Shown one piece after another: positions 39,110 to 48,528 of a stretch of 50,341 nucleotides of DNA. The DNA is from Terriglobales bacterium. GTDB lineage: Bacteria; Acidobacteriota; Terriglobia; Terriglobales; Acidobacteriaceae. The position numbers and the translations under genes were made by a program. Positions within the stretch are counted from its first letter, which is position 1. Every line of letters begins with the position of its first letter. The stretch spans positions 1 to 50,341 of the forward strand of contig JAATFH010000513.1 of assembly GCA_015655315.1 (NCBI GenBank), in the 5' to 3' direction. The notes under the pieces were generated by a model that was not told the DNA's origin, did no database searches, and worked only from the letters and a program-made list of their open reading frames with translations.

Positions 39110-39826
39110 CTACGCTCGTGCTGGCCCCAACTCATTCTGGTTTCGAAAACGAATCACCTTCGCAGGCACCCCCGCAGCAACCGCATACTCGGGAATGTTT
39201 TCCGTTACCACTGCGCCCGCGCCGATGATGGCATGTGCACCCACATGAACTCCCGGGAGAATGGTTGCGTTCGTGCCTATATCCGCTCCGAACCCAATCA
39301 CTACCGGCTTGATACTGAGAGCCGTCGCAATCACCGGAACATCGATGGGCTGTCCTGTGTGCGACGAGCCCAGCACCTTGGCTCCCGGCCCCCAGCCCAC
39401 GTAGTCTTCCAATACCAGGTCCCGGGCATCGAAGTAAGCATGTGGACCAATCCACACGTGATTGCCGATGCGGCATTTCCCGTCGAAGCGTCCCTGGATC
39501 ATCGTCTGAGCCCCGATAAATACTGCGTCTCCCAGCTCAAAGGTCTCAGGATGCTTGACGACAATATCCGGAGAGATTTGCAGTGCGTGCCCCGCCTGCC
39601 TGCACATCGCTCGGAAAACAATACGCCGCAGCTGCGTCTCAAATGGACCCTCTTCACTCCGGAATCTAGAATAAAGAGCCAATAACTCGCGCGGAGAGTG
39701 GGCCTGCTTCAAATGCGCGGCGTACTCCCACTCCCAACCCGGATCATTCTGGATCTCCGCCCGGCCAAATACCGCAGCCACGGTGCGGGCACCTTCGAAT
39801 GGTGAAGTTGTTACTTCAGCCGACAT
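39110..39826 (-). CDS. Hexapeptide-repeat (LbH) acyltransferase
   Basis: IGFGADIGTNATILPGVHVGAHAIIGAGAVVT, AGVPAKVIR. Start at MSAEV. Confidence 0.88.
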   Translation of the reverse strand: MSAEVTTSPFEGARTVAAVFGRAEIQNDPGWEWEYAAHLKQAHSPRELLALYSRFRSEEGPFETQLRRIVFRAMCRQAGHALQISPDIVVKHPETFELGDAVFIGAQTMIQGRFDGKCRIGNHVWIGPHAYFDARDLVLEDYVGWGPGAKVLGSSHTGQPIDVPVIATALSIKPVVIGFGADIGTNATILPGVHVGAHAIIGAGAVVTENIPEYAVAAGVPAKVIRFRNQNELGPARA

Positions 39827-40925
39827 GGCAACCCTCAAGCAGTTCAGAGGCAACTCGCTCTACCGCGTCCGTAGAAATACCCGGATACATTGGCAGAGAA
39901 AGGATGCGGCTCGCCACTCTCTCGGAGACGGGAAAATCTCCACGCTGATAGTTCAGGCAACGATAGGCTTCCTGAAGATGCAGCGGAATTGGATAATGCA
40001 ACCCCGATTCAATTCCCGCACTGGTCAACTGTTCACGCAGCTGTTCCCGGTTGTCAGCCTGTATCACGTACAGGTGATACACATGATGACAATCCGCCAT
40101 TTCCGTGGGCAGCGTGATGCCTGTTGAATCCGCAAGAATCTCGGCGTATTGCGCCGCAGCCTCACGCCGCTGGCTGTTCCAGCGATCCAGATACTTCAGC
40201 TTCACGGATAGAATGCCGCCCTGCAATCCTTCCATGCGCAGGTTCAGTCCTGGGAAGGCATGCTCATATTTCTTCGTTGAGCCGTGATCGCGCCACATCT
40301 CGATGCGACGCGCCAGCGCAGCGTCATTCGTGGTGACAGCTCCGCCTTCGCCGCAAGCCCCAAGATTCTTGCCAGGATAGAAGCTGAAACATCCTGCAAT
40401 TCCAAGAGAACCGGCTTTGCGGCCCTTGTACTCCGCACCATGCGCCTGGCATGCATCTTCGATCACGGGAATGTCATGCCGGTTCGCGATCTCGAGGATG
40501 GGGTCCATGTCCGCGGTCTGTCCATAAAGATGGACCGGGATGATGGCGCGCGTTCTGGTGGTGATGACTGCTTCAAGCAGCTTCGGATCCATCGTGAAAG
40601 AAGTCTCGTCAATATCGACGAAGACCGGACGAGCGCCCACTGCTGAAATAGCCTCGGCGGTTGCGATGAAAGTATGCGGAACGGTAATAACCTCATCGCC
40701 CGGCCCCACACCAAGAGATGCCAGCACGAGGTGCAGCGCGGCCGTGCCCGTGTTTACGGCGACACAGTGAGCCGTTCCCGTGTATTCGGCAAACTCTTTC
40801 TCAAATTGTTTGACCTCAGGGCCCAGAACAAAGGCTGAGCTGTTAAGGACTCTACAGAAGACCTGCTGCAACTCGTCTTCTATCTCACGATGTAGCGATT
40901 TCAAATCAACAAAAGGAACAGTCAT
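39816..40925 (-). CDS. DegT-family sugar aminotransferase (WbpE/FdtB-like)
   Basis: [44 protein letters not shown] overlap at 40922-40925. Confidence 0.93.
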   Translation of the reverse strand: MTVPFVDLKSLHREIEDELQQVFCRVLNSSAFVLGPEVKQFEKEFAEYTGTAHCVAVNTGTAALHLVLASLGVGPGDEVITVPHTFIATAEAISAVGARPVFVDIDETSFTMDPKLLEAVITTRTRAIIPVHLYGQTADMDPILEIANRHDIPVIEDACQAHGAEYKGRKAGSLGIAGCFSFYPGKNLGACGEGGAVTTNDAALARRIEMWRDHGSTKKYEHAFPGLNLRMEGLQGGILSVKLKYLDRWNSQRREAAAQYAEILADSTGITLPTEMADCHHVYHLYVIQADNREQLREQLTSAGIESGLHYPIPLHLQEAYRCLNYQRGDFPVSERVASRILSLPMYPGISTDAVERVASELLEGCHVG

Positions 40926-41476
40926 TTTTTCTCCGGCGATCGAAGGACTCGTGCGGGATTTCCCGCCACTACTGTATGAGGGGGAACATCTCGTGTCACA
41001 ACACTGCCTGCACCTACTACCGCATATTCGCCAACCGTTACGCCGCACAGGATCGTGCTGCTCGTCCCAATCGACGCCCCATGCTTCACCACGGTCTGGA
41101 CTACACTCCAGTCCGCCTCGGTCTGCGGCGAACCGTCAGCGTTTGTGGCTCGCGGGTACTTATCGTTAATAAAGGAGACATTGTGGCCAATGAAGACATC
41201 GTCTTCGATACGCACTCCTTCGCAGATGAAGGTATGGCTGGACACTTTCACATTCCTGCCAATCTCCGCGTTCTTCTGAATCTCGACAAAGGTTCCTATC
41301 TTGGAGTTGTCGCCGATAGAGCAACCGTAGAGATTCACGAATGCAAAGATGCGCACGCCATTGCCTAGTTTTACGTCGGGGGCGATACGGCAGTAGTCCA
41401 TCGCTGCCGTACCTGGCAACTCCCTCTGTCCATTACTAATGGGTCCCTCTTCGACGGCAAGCAGTGTCTCCGGCAT
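40922..41476 (-). CDS. LbH N-acetyltransferase (WbpD/WlbB-like)
   Basis: [52 protein letters not shown]. Start 41476, or possibly 41401. Confidence 0.88.
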   Translation of the reverse strand: MPETLLAVEEGPISNGQRELPGTAAMDYCRIAPDVKLGNGVRIFAFVNLYGCSIGDNSKIGTFVEIQKNAEIGRNVKVSSHTFICEGVRIEDDVFIGHNVSFINDKYPRATNADGSPQTEADWSVVQTVVKHGASIGTSSTILCGVTVGEYAVVGAGSVVTRDVPPHTVVAGNPARVLRSPEKK

Positions 41477-41477
41477 A

Positions 41478-42521
41478 TCAGGCAGCCCCCGTACGAATTC
41501 CCAGTCCATCGGCAGCCAGCTCCACCAGCCGCCCGCGATGCTTCATGGAGTAAGAAGCACTCTCCAGAAGACGAACAACCTGCAGGCCCATGAATCCACC
41601 GGTCATTGGTTCCTCTCCAGTGCAGATGCAATGGGCAAAATGCTGCAGCTCGACCTTCAAAGCTTCCGAAACATCGAGATGCGGTGCGAACATATCGCCG
41701 GAACGATAGCCTACGAGAGCTTTATACAAATTGTCAGTGCCGCTGTTGAGCGTGATGCCCTTGTCGTATACCTTGACCTTTTCGCTGGGCTCCATGTCGT
41801 CGTAGACAATCATTTGCTTGCTGCCGCCGATCAGTGTGCGCCGTATCTTGACGGGAGAGAGCCAGTTCACGTTCACATGTGCAATCACGTTCTCCTCGAA
41901 GAACATCGTGAGGTACGCGAGATTCTCGGTGCCGCCAATGACATGATTGATGCCCGTAGCCGCAACCGCACAGGGAGCATTGGGAAGAATGTAGCTCATG
42001 ATGGCGAGATCATGAACCGCCAGATCCCAGAGAACATCGACATCGTGCTGGAACAATCCCAGGTTGACCCGCGTCGAATCGTAGTAGTAGATGTTTCCCA
42101 GCTTTCCCGATTCCACAATGTCCTTGATCTTCCGCACCGCCGCCGTATAGACGAAGGTGTGATCGACCAGCAGCGTCAGGTTTCTGCGCGTAGCTTCATC
42201 GATCAATCGCATCGCCTGTTCGCTCGTTGACGGCATCGGCTTCTCGACCATTACGTGCTTCCCGCTTTGCAGAGCCTGCATAGCCAGGTCGTAATGCGTC
42301 GATACCGGCGTCGCAATCGCGATTGCATCGATCTCGTTGTTCGCCAGCATGTCGCGATAATTCGTTGTCACCTCGACCGAGGGATAACGGCTCTTAACTA
42401 GTGCGAGGCGCTCCTCGCGCTGATCGCTTACGGCCACAACTTCTGTTTCGGAAACTTCAAACAGGTTGCGCACCAAATTGGGCCCCCAGTATCCATACCC
42501 CACTACTCCGACTTTGATCAC
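41478..42521 (-). CDS. Gfo/Idh/MocA oxidoreductase (WbpB/WlbA-like sugar 3-dehydrogenase)
   Basis: [31 protein letters not shown] start with GGAGG. Confidence 0.9.
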   Translation of the reverse strand: MIKVGVVGYGYWGPNLVRNLFEVSETEVVAVSDQREERLALVKSRYPSVEVTTNYRDMLANNEIDAIAIATPVSTHYDLAMQALQSGKHVMVEKPMPSTSEQAMRLIDEATRRNLTLLVDHTFVYTAAVRKIKDIVESGKLGNIYYYDSTRVNLGLFQHDVDVLWDLAVHDLAIMSYILPNAPCAVAATGINHVIGGTENLAYLTMFFEENVIAHVNVNWLSPVKIRRTLIGGSKQMIVYDDMEPSEKVKVYDKGITLNSGTDNLYKALVGYRSGDMFAPHLDVSEALKVELQHFAHCICTGEEPMTGGFMGLQVVRLLESASYSMKHRGRLVELAADGLGIRTGAA

Positions 42522-42614
42522 GCGTCCTCCATCCTTTGTCTAAAACTCAATTACCGTTTCTGACCCCATACAAAATTCGTCCCGGCTACTGAGGTCTTCC
42601 GCACACTCGCTAAA

Positions 42615-42630
42615 TGCACGCGGCATGCCA
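42615..42630 (-). promoter_or_regulatory. Sigma54 -24/-12 promoter for the amino-sugar operon
   Basis: TGGCATG-CCGC-GTGCA with exact GG-N10-GC spacing, about 95 nt upstream of the oxidoreductase start. Confidence 0.65.
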
Positions 42631-42650
42631 AAGATTCTCGGGAACAGAAT

Positions 42651-43703
42651 TTACATAATGGTGTTCATGCCCGGCTCCTCTTCAATGTCCTGCAGCTGTA
42701 GCTCACGCACAGGGGCTTTGGGGACCCGGACTTGGGGGAGGCCTGCTTCTTTGATTTTGTACAAGAGAGCGCGATAGCTGATGTCCAGCGAACGCGCAGT
42801 CTTTCTGCGGTTCCACTTGTTTGCCTGGAGCACGCCAAGGATAATCTTGCGCTCCAGTTGCTGCACTGCCCGCTTGGTCTGCACACGCAGGGGAGCGGAC
42901 AGATCGATCGCGTCCAGCGTTGAAGAATGAATCTCATCCGGCTGACGCAGCACAGAGAGGATGTATTCTTCGCCACCCAACACGACATACCGCTTTGCCA
43001 GGTTTTCAAGTTCGCGAATATTTCCTGGCCAGTGATAGGACTCAAGCAATCGCATCAGCGACGAGCTCAACGGCCCGCGATGCCCGCCGAAACGCTCGCT
43101 GTAGGCGCGAATGAAATGATTCATCAGGATCGGCACGTCCGAGGCGCGCTCCCGCAAAGGCGGCATTTCAATCCGGAGCACATTGATTCTGTAGAAGAGA
43201 TCGGAACGAAACTCTCCATTCCCCACTTCAGCTTCGAGACTACGATTGGTCGCACAGATCAGACGAATATCTACCGTCCTCTCTACCAGTGCGCCCAGTC
43301 GCACCACCTGAAAATCCTGCAAAGCATGCAACAGTTTTGCCTGAAGAGCGAGATCCAGTTCTCCAATCTCATCCAGAAAGAGCGTGCCGCGATGAGCAAG
43401 TTCGAATTTCCCGGCTTTCGCTTCTTTCGCGTTTGTAAAGGCTCCGGGTTCATGTCCGAAGAGTTCGCTCTCAAAAAGTTGATGAGGAATTGCGGGGCAA
43501 TTCACTTTGACAAAGCCATGTGCATGCCGCTCGCTCAAATCGTGCAATCGTTTTGCAGCCAACTCCTTGCCGGTACCGCTCTCCCCTGTAATGAGCACCG
43601 GCACGGTCGTCAAAGCTGCCTTCCGCAACTCTTCACCGACTCGAAGGATGGCTGGTGATTGACCAAGCATGGCCGCAGCCGATCCCTTCTGAATCTCACG
43701 CAT
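42651..43703 (-). CDS. Sigma54-dependent enhancer-binding protein lacking an N-terminal sensory domain
   Basis: GESGTGKE, VNCPAIP, ELFGHEPGAFTNA, FLDEIG, FRSDLFYRINV, WPGNIRELEN, and a Fis-type HTH (NRRKTARSLDISYRALLYKIK). Confidence 0.93.
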   Translation of the reverse strand: MREIQKGSAAAMLGQSPAILRVGEELRKAALTTVPVLITGESGTGKELAAKRLHDLSERHAHGFVKVNCPAIPHQLFESELFGHEPGAFTNAKEAKAGKFELAHRGTLFLDEIGELDLALQAKLLHALQDFQVVRLGALVERTVDIRLICATNRSLEAEVGNGEFRSDLFYRINVLRIEMPPLRERASDVPILMNHFIRAYSERFGGHRGPLSSSLMRLLESYHWPGNIRELENLAKRYVVLGGEEYILSVLRQPDEIHSSTLDAIDLSAPLRVQTKRAVQQLERKIILGVLQANKWNRRKTARSLDISYRALLYKIKEAGLPQVRVPKAPVRELQLQDIEEEPGMNTIM

Positions 43704-43865
43704 ACGTATTCCTCATGATCAGAGGGTTGCACGTCGATAACCAAAATCTATCCGGAAACAATCACTGCGGATTTAGTGAGAAAGCAGCGGCATTCATGAC
43801 ATTCCCGCCGCTGGAGCACGAAGCTGGATGGAGTGCGGCAGCATGCACGACAATATGCAAAGTTT

Positions 43866-43881
43866 TGCAAACTTCATACCA
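43866..43881 (-). promoter_or_regulatory. Sigma54 -24/-12 promoter upstream of the activator gene
   Basis: TGGTATG-AAGT-TTGCA. The -12 element overlaps the palindrome TGCAAA-GT-TTTGCA (43856-43869). Confidence 0.62.
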
Positions 43882-43950
43882 AATTACTGTTGCCACATCC
43901 CTTTTCACCTCTAAATTGCAGATAAAAGCTATTAGAATGCGCTTCTCATT

Positions 43951-43966
43951 TGGCGATTGACTTGCA
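43951..43966 (+). promoter_or_regulatory. Sigma54 -24/-12 promoter for the export operon
   Basis: TGGCGAT-TGAC-TTGCA with GG-N10-GC spacing, 30 nt upstream of the ATG (RBS GAGGAGG). Confidence 0.62.
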
Positions 43967-43996
43967 CTTGATGAGTGCGAGGAGGCAGCCCATACG

Positions 43997-44662
43997 ATGC
44001 GTTACCGGCTTCCAGTTCGATATTCCATTATGGTCTGCGCAATGTGCGCTTCCATCCTTTCTGCTTCAGCACAGGACCTCGCGGCTAACGCCGCCAGCAC
44101 ACCTCAGGGCGGCAATCATTCCGGTGCCGCCGGCGATATCGATCCGTCGATAGGCAAAGCAGTAAAAACGTCTGACCCGTTGTCTCAATATGCCATCGGT
44201 CCGGCCGACGTCATCCATATCAATGTCTGGAAAAATACTGACCTTTCGCAGACACTTACGGTCGACCCCAATGGATTTGTCTCCGTACCGTTATTAGGGG
44301 AAATTCATGTCGCGGGAATGACGACGAACCAGCTTGGAACCCTTCTGGCTTCCGGCTACAAATCTTACGTCGTGAGCCCGCAGGTAACGGTGAGTGTGGT
44401 TGATATCAAGAGCCGCCAGGTCTATGTGATGGGCCAGGTTGGCAAAGCGGGAGGGTACCCGTTGATCGCGCCAATCACTGTTCTGCAATTGATTGCGCAA
44501 GCAGGCGGCCTTAATACCTATGCCAAACGCAAGGATATCTATGTGCTGCGCGCTAAGAACGGTCAAACGGAAAAACTGCCGTTCAACTACGTGAAGGTCA
44601 CCCACGGCGATGCGAAGCAGAACATCGTGCTCCAGCCAGGCGACACAGTCATTGTTCCTTAG
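43997..44662 (+). CDS. Short OPX/Wza-family polysaccharide export protein
   Basis: Signal peptide. YAIGPADVIHINVW and VDPNGFVSVPLLGEI (Poly_export); VYVMGQV and TVLQLIAQAGG (SLBB). Ends at LQPGDTVIVP with no outer-membrane helix. Confidence 0.92.
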   Translation: MRYRLPVRYSIMVCAMCASILSASAQDLAANAASTPQGGNHSGAAGDIDPSIGKAVKTSDPLSQYAIGPADVIHINVWKNTDLSQTLTVDPNGFVSVPLLGEIHVAGMTTNQLGTLLASGYKSYVVSPQVTVSVVDIKSRQVYVMGQVGKAGGYPLIAPITVLQLIAQAGGLNTYAKRKDIYVLRAKNGQTEKLPFNYVKVTHGDAKQNIVLQPGDTVIVP

Positions 44663-44671
44663 GAGAAGACA

Positions 44672-46006
44672 ATGAACAGACTCGTATTCTTTCGTCTGAT
44701 CGTCGCGCTCTTTGCCGGGTTGCTCGCCCAGTCCCTTGTCGCCCAAACAACGACCGATTATCAGCCGGCTTCTGCTCTTCAGTCTGGCGCTACCGACAAT
44801 TACACGCCCGACCCGACCGATGTCGTGCAGACACAAGGCGACGCGGAACTTCCAACGACCTATGTCCCTTCTCTGGATGGAACAGGCTTGATTGCCTTAA
44901 ACAGTAAGGTTCGAACTCGCATGTTAGTCGGCGCGACTTATAGCGGGGGGTGGGACACAAATCCCAACAGCCTGGGGACGGGCGTTGCTTCGGGAGCATT
45001 CGTCTTCAGTCCTTATATAGGAGCTCAGATAAATTCGAGCCATGTCCTATATCTATTTCAGTACCAACCCACAATTCGCACCTATACATCAGATCAATAT
45101 TCCAAGGGAACTATGAATATGTGCTCGGCAAAGATCGTCGGAGACATAAGCGAGCGCTGGCACTGGGGCTTTGATGCCTCCGGCAGTCACGGGGAAGACT
45201 CTATTCGATTGCTCGCACCTGGACAGACAGAGGCCGTGGGCAATATCCCTGGCGCCGCACAGGGCACCTCTTCTTATTTTCCCGATGCCGGCATCGTTAC
45301 CTATGTGAATGTTGGTGCAGGGATGCACCATGACATCTCGCAAAGAGACATCATTGAGTTCAATGCTTCTGACTCTTATAGCAATTACTCTGGATTGAAC
45401 CAGACGAACAGCATTGCCACCGTGTCCTTGAACTATCAGCACTTTTTGTCGCAAACGCTAAGTTTGAACGTCTATGACCAGACTTCTTATTATTATGGAG
45501 CATTCCATTGTGACAGTTTTGGATTAGGGGCAGGCATAAACTGGAAAGTACGGGAAAACACCTTTGTTTCCGTTGCAGCCGGTCCACAAATAGATGCGGC
45601 GGGCTGTGGCAAGCAACAAGGATTTGCATATAAAGCAGCATTTGGTACTAAAATCTCTGCGAAGTCGCAAGTGTATGTGAGTTCCGATCGTCAGATGACC
45701 ACAGCCTATCTTGGGCCAGGCCTGTGGCAGGAAGACGTCTCTGCCGGATATCAGCGAGAACTGGCGCCCGCGCGAGTCATTGCCTTTGATATTGGCTATG
45801 TACGCAGCAGCGCGCTGATAGCTACCAATTCATACCACAATACTTACTTTGATGGTAGTTACAGTCATCGAATCGGTCATGCATTTAGTGCTTCGCTCAG
45901 TTATCGCAACTATGCCGGAAACTGGGGCCAGACAAACTTCACAAGGCGCGTCGCCATGCTTTCATTGACATGGACGCCGGGCGCGGGACATCTCTTTCAG
46001 CAATAG
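44672..46006 (+). CDS. Probable outer-membrane beta-barrel partner of the OPX protein
   Basis: Signal peptide. Alternating aromatic/polar strands (SLNYQHFLS, GAGINWKV, SAGYQREL, LSLTW). Lies between the OPX and co-polymerase genes. Confidence 0.72.
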   Translation: MNRLVFFRLIVALFAGLLAQSLVAQTTTDYQPASALQSGATDNYTPDPTDVVQTQGDAELPTTYVPSLDGTGLIALNSKVRTRMLVGATYSGGWDTNPNSLGTGVASGAFVFSPYIGAQINSSHVLYLFQYQPTIRTYTSDQYSKGTMNMCSAKIVGDISERWHWGFDASGSHGEDSIRLLAPGQTEAVGNIPGAAQGTSSYFPDAGIVTYVNVGAGMHHDISQRDIIEFNASDSYSNYSGLNQTNSIATVSLNYQHFLSQTLSLNVYDQTSYYYGAFHCDSFGLGAGINWKVRENTFVSVAAGPQIDAAGCGKQQGFAYKAAFGTKISAKSQVYVSSDRQMTTAYLGPGLWQEDVSAGYQRELAPARVIAFDIGYVRSSALIATNSYHNTYFDGSYSHRIGHAFSASLSYRNYAGNWGQTNFTRRVAMLSLTWTPGAGHLFQQ

Positions 46007-46028
46007 CTTCTAATCATCAGAGGAAACT

Positions 46029-47558
46029 ATGGTTCATGCTCAACCTAACAACGCGTCGGCGGCGGCAGTTAAGCAAAGTCTTTCGCTATTGAAGAAGTAT
46101 CGCTATATTGTGTTCTTATCCTCGCTTTTCCTGGCATCCCTGGGAATTGCGGCTATTTCTCGAATGCCTGATGTATATCGAGCCACCACCACCATTCTGG
46201 TCGATCCACAGAAGATTCCTGAGCGGTACGTGTCGTCAACTGTCACTTCTGATCCAAACGACCGCCTGAACACTCTAAAGCAACAGGTGCTCAGCACCTC
46301 CCGACTGCAGGAAATTATCGATCGCGGTAACCTCTATCCGAAGCTGCGGAAACATAAGTCGCGCGAAGAAGTATTGGACTATATGCGCGGGAAAATCAAG
46401 ATCGAACTTATACAGGGTTCAGAGCAAGGTTTAAGCAGCTTCACCATCTCATACGAGGATGGCGAACGAACAGTCGTGGCGCCAATCGCAAACCAGCTTG
46501 CGGCCAGCTTCATCGATTGGAATCTGGCAGTGCGTCAGCAGCAGGCTCACGATACTGCTCAGTTTCTAAACTCCGAGCTCGAACAGGCCAAAAAAAGTCT
46601 GGAGGAGCAAGAGGGCCATCTCCAGGCATTCAAAATGCAGCACGTCGGGTCCACTCCAGATCAACTCGACGCAAATCTACAGGCTCTCTCACGGCTCGAG
46701 TCCCAGCTCCAGGCTACTACCGACTCCATCAGCCGACTCGACGAGGAGCGCATTTTGCTTACGCAGACTAAACCGGCGAAGAGCGACGACCCATTGGTAT
46801 CGCTCAGTGAGCGCGGACGACTACTTGAGGAAAAACATCGCCTTGAAAGCGAAATATGGAAGCTGAAGCGGCAATTTACGGATACCTATCCAGACGTCGT
46901 CATTGCACAAGATGAGTTGAAGAATATTAATTCCCGTCTGGCCGCTTTGCCTCCGTCTCCTGCCGATAAGTCAGATTCGTTTGACTCGAATACACAGGTG
47001 AGACTTGGAATTATCAATAAGGATCTCGAACGCCGCAAACAACAGCAGGTAGAATTACAGCAGCAGATCGCGGCTTATCAAGGCAAGGTTGACTCGGTCC
47101 CAGTCCTGGAGACACAATTGACCGAACTGACCAGAAACTACGAAATATCAAGACAGAACTATCAGTCCCTTCTCGATAAGACCTTATCCGCCGGGATGTC
47201 GCAGGATCTCGAACGCCAACAACAAGCGGAGCGATTCATCATCCTGGATCCAGCAAGAACTCCTGAAAAACCGATCCGACCCAAGCGGTTGCCTTTTATG
47301 GCTGGTGCAGTCCTAGGGTCCTTTCTAATCGCGCCCGGCATTTTGATAGGCTTCGGACTCCTGGCCGGAAGAGTCGGCTCTGAAGACGACCTCAAGGCAA
47401 TGCTGCCGAAGGTTCCTATTCTTGGTACGATTCCCCCCATTACAAGTATGGCGGATATACGGCGTGGAAGGGCTTTGATTCTGCAAACGATCATAGCCTC
47501 GTTGATCATTTGCCTGGCACTGATTGTCTTTCTACACAAGGTGAAACCGATCCTATGA
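46029..47558 (+). CDS. Polysaccharide co-polymerase (Wzc/GumC N-terminal part)
   Basis: TM, then PDVYRATTTILVDPQKIP, a long coiled coil with TDTYPDV, FIILDPARTPEKPIRPKR, then two TMs. Confidence 0.92.
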   Translation: MVHAQPNNASAAAVKQSLSLLKKYRYIVFLSSLFLASLGIAAISRMPDVYRATTTILVDPQKIPERYVSSTVTSDPNDRLNTLKQQVLSTSRLQEIIDRGNLYPKLRKHKSREEVLDYMRGKIKIELIQGSEQGLSSFTISYEDGERTVVAPIANQLAASFIDWNLAVRQQQAHDTAQFLNSELEQAKKSLEEQEGHLQAFKMQHVGSTPDQLDANLQALSRLESQLQATTDSISRLDEERILLTQTKPAKSDDPLVSLSERGRLLEEKHRLESEIWKLKRQFTDTYPDVVIAQDELKNINSRLAALPPSPADKSDSFDSNTQVRLGIINKDLERRKQQQVELQQQIAAYQGKVDSVPVLETQLTELTRNYEISRQNYQSLLDKTLSAGMSQDLERQQQAERFIILDPARTPEKPIRPKRLPFMAGAVLGSFLIAPGILIGFGLLAGRVGSEDDLKAMLPKVPILGTIPPITSMADIRRGRALILQTIIASLIICLALIVFLHKVKPIL

Positions 47559-48319
47559 GACTAACTTCTGAGTTGCGCGCAAAAAGTGAGGACTACGTAC
47601 GAGAAGATCTCTTTCCTAGAGTGGAGCCTGAGAATATACTCAGACTCAATCCCGGGGACAAGTCACGATTAGTTTTCATGACCGAGCCATGCGGCCTTGC
47701 CGTCGAGCAGTACAAATTACTTCGTCGTCGGCTTAACGCACTCCAGCCGCGCGGTGGGGTACTTCTGGTCACCAGTCCAGGTCCGGGCGACGGCAAGACA
47801 TTGACGTCTGTCAATCTGTCATGGGGGCTCGCGAACGGTGGACAACAGACGTGCCTGGTCGACCTCGATTTCAGGGCACCGGGCGTAGCGCACACACTGG
47901 GCTATCGCGCGGAGCATCGTGGTGTCGAGGGAGTCTTGACTGGAAAAAGAACGATCGGTGAGTCCATCTGTCAGGTCGAGGACAGCCCATTCTATGTACT
48001 TGGCATGCAGACACGCCATGCTTCGCCCGAAGGATATCTCTCGGCTATCTCGCTGACGCCACTCATTAACGATCTTCGCGCCATGTTCCACTGGGTCATC
48101 CTGGATATGGCGCCTGCAATTCCAATGTCTGACGTTGCCGAGGTCATGCCCCACGTCGACGGAGCGCTCCTTGTGGTTCGCGCAGGGCTGACAAGAAAAG
48201 TGATGATCGCCAAAACCCATGAAATTCTGGCGCCCAAAATCTGGGGAATCGTATCGAATGAATCCCCGATCATGGGCAGCGCGTATTATGGCAACTACGG
48301 CAATCGCAATCGTAGCTGA
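47555..48319 (+). CDS. CpsD/CapB-family BY-kinase (stand-alone)
   Basis: EQYKLLR, Walker A PGPGDGKT, LVDLDFRAP, VILDMAP, C-terminal Tyr cluster AYYGNYG. ATGA overlap with the previous gene. Confidence 0.92.
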   Translation: MRLTSELRAKSEDYVREDLFPRVEPENILRLNPGDKSRLVFMTEPCGLAVEQYKLLRRRLNALQPRGGVLLVTSPGPGDGKTLTSVNLSWGLANGGQQTCLVDLDFRAPGVAHTLGYRAEHRGVEGVLTGKRTIGESICQVEDSPFYVLGMQTRHASPEGYLSAISLTPLINDLRAMFHWVILDMAPAIPMSDVAEVMPHVDGALLVVRAGLTRKVMIAKTHEILAPKIWGIVSNESPIMGSAYYGNYGNRNRS

Positions 48320-48528
48320 ATATAAGATCGAGATAAGAGGACTCTTTCGTGCAGCCCACGCGGTTCATCTTTATCATGTTTTGCCATCTCCTGGGATCCT
48401 CCGGGTCTGCTGAGATGGTGCGGGCAGTGGAACGGACCAAAACCAACGTTGAAAGGTGTATGTCTTTCTCAAATGACGCCGGTGTATAAGGTCTCGGTCT
48501 GATATAAAGGCTTCATAGAGGAAAACAG

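Noticed and set aside
41439-43658. Plus-strand ORFs of 263 aa and 243 aa
   Set aside because: Antisense shadows of the oxidoreductase and sigma54 activator genes.
48384-48418. Hairpin CCATCTC...GAGATGG after the BY-kinase gene as a terminator
   Set aside because: Interrupted stem with no U-tract; too weak to call.
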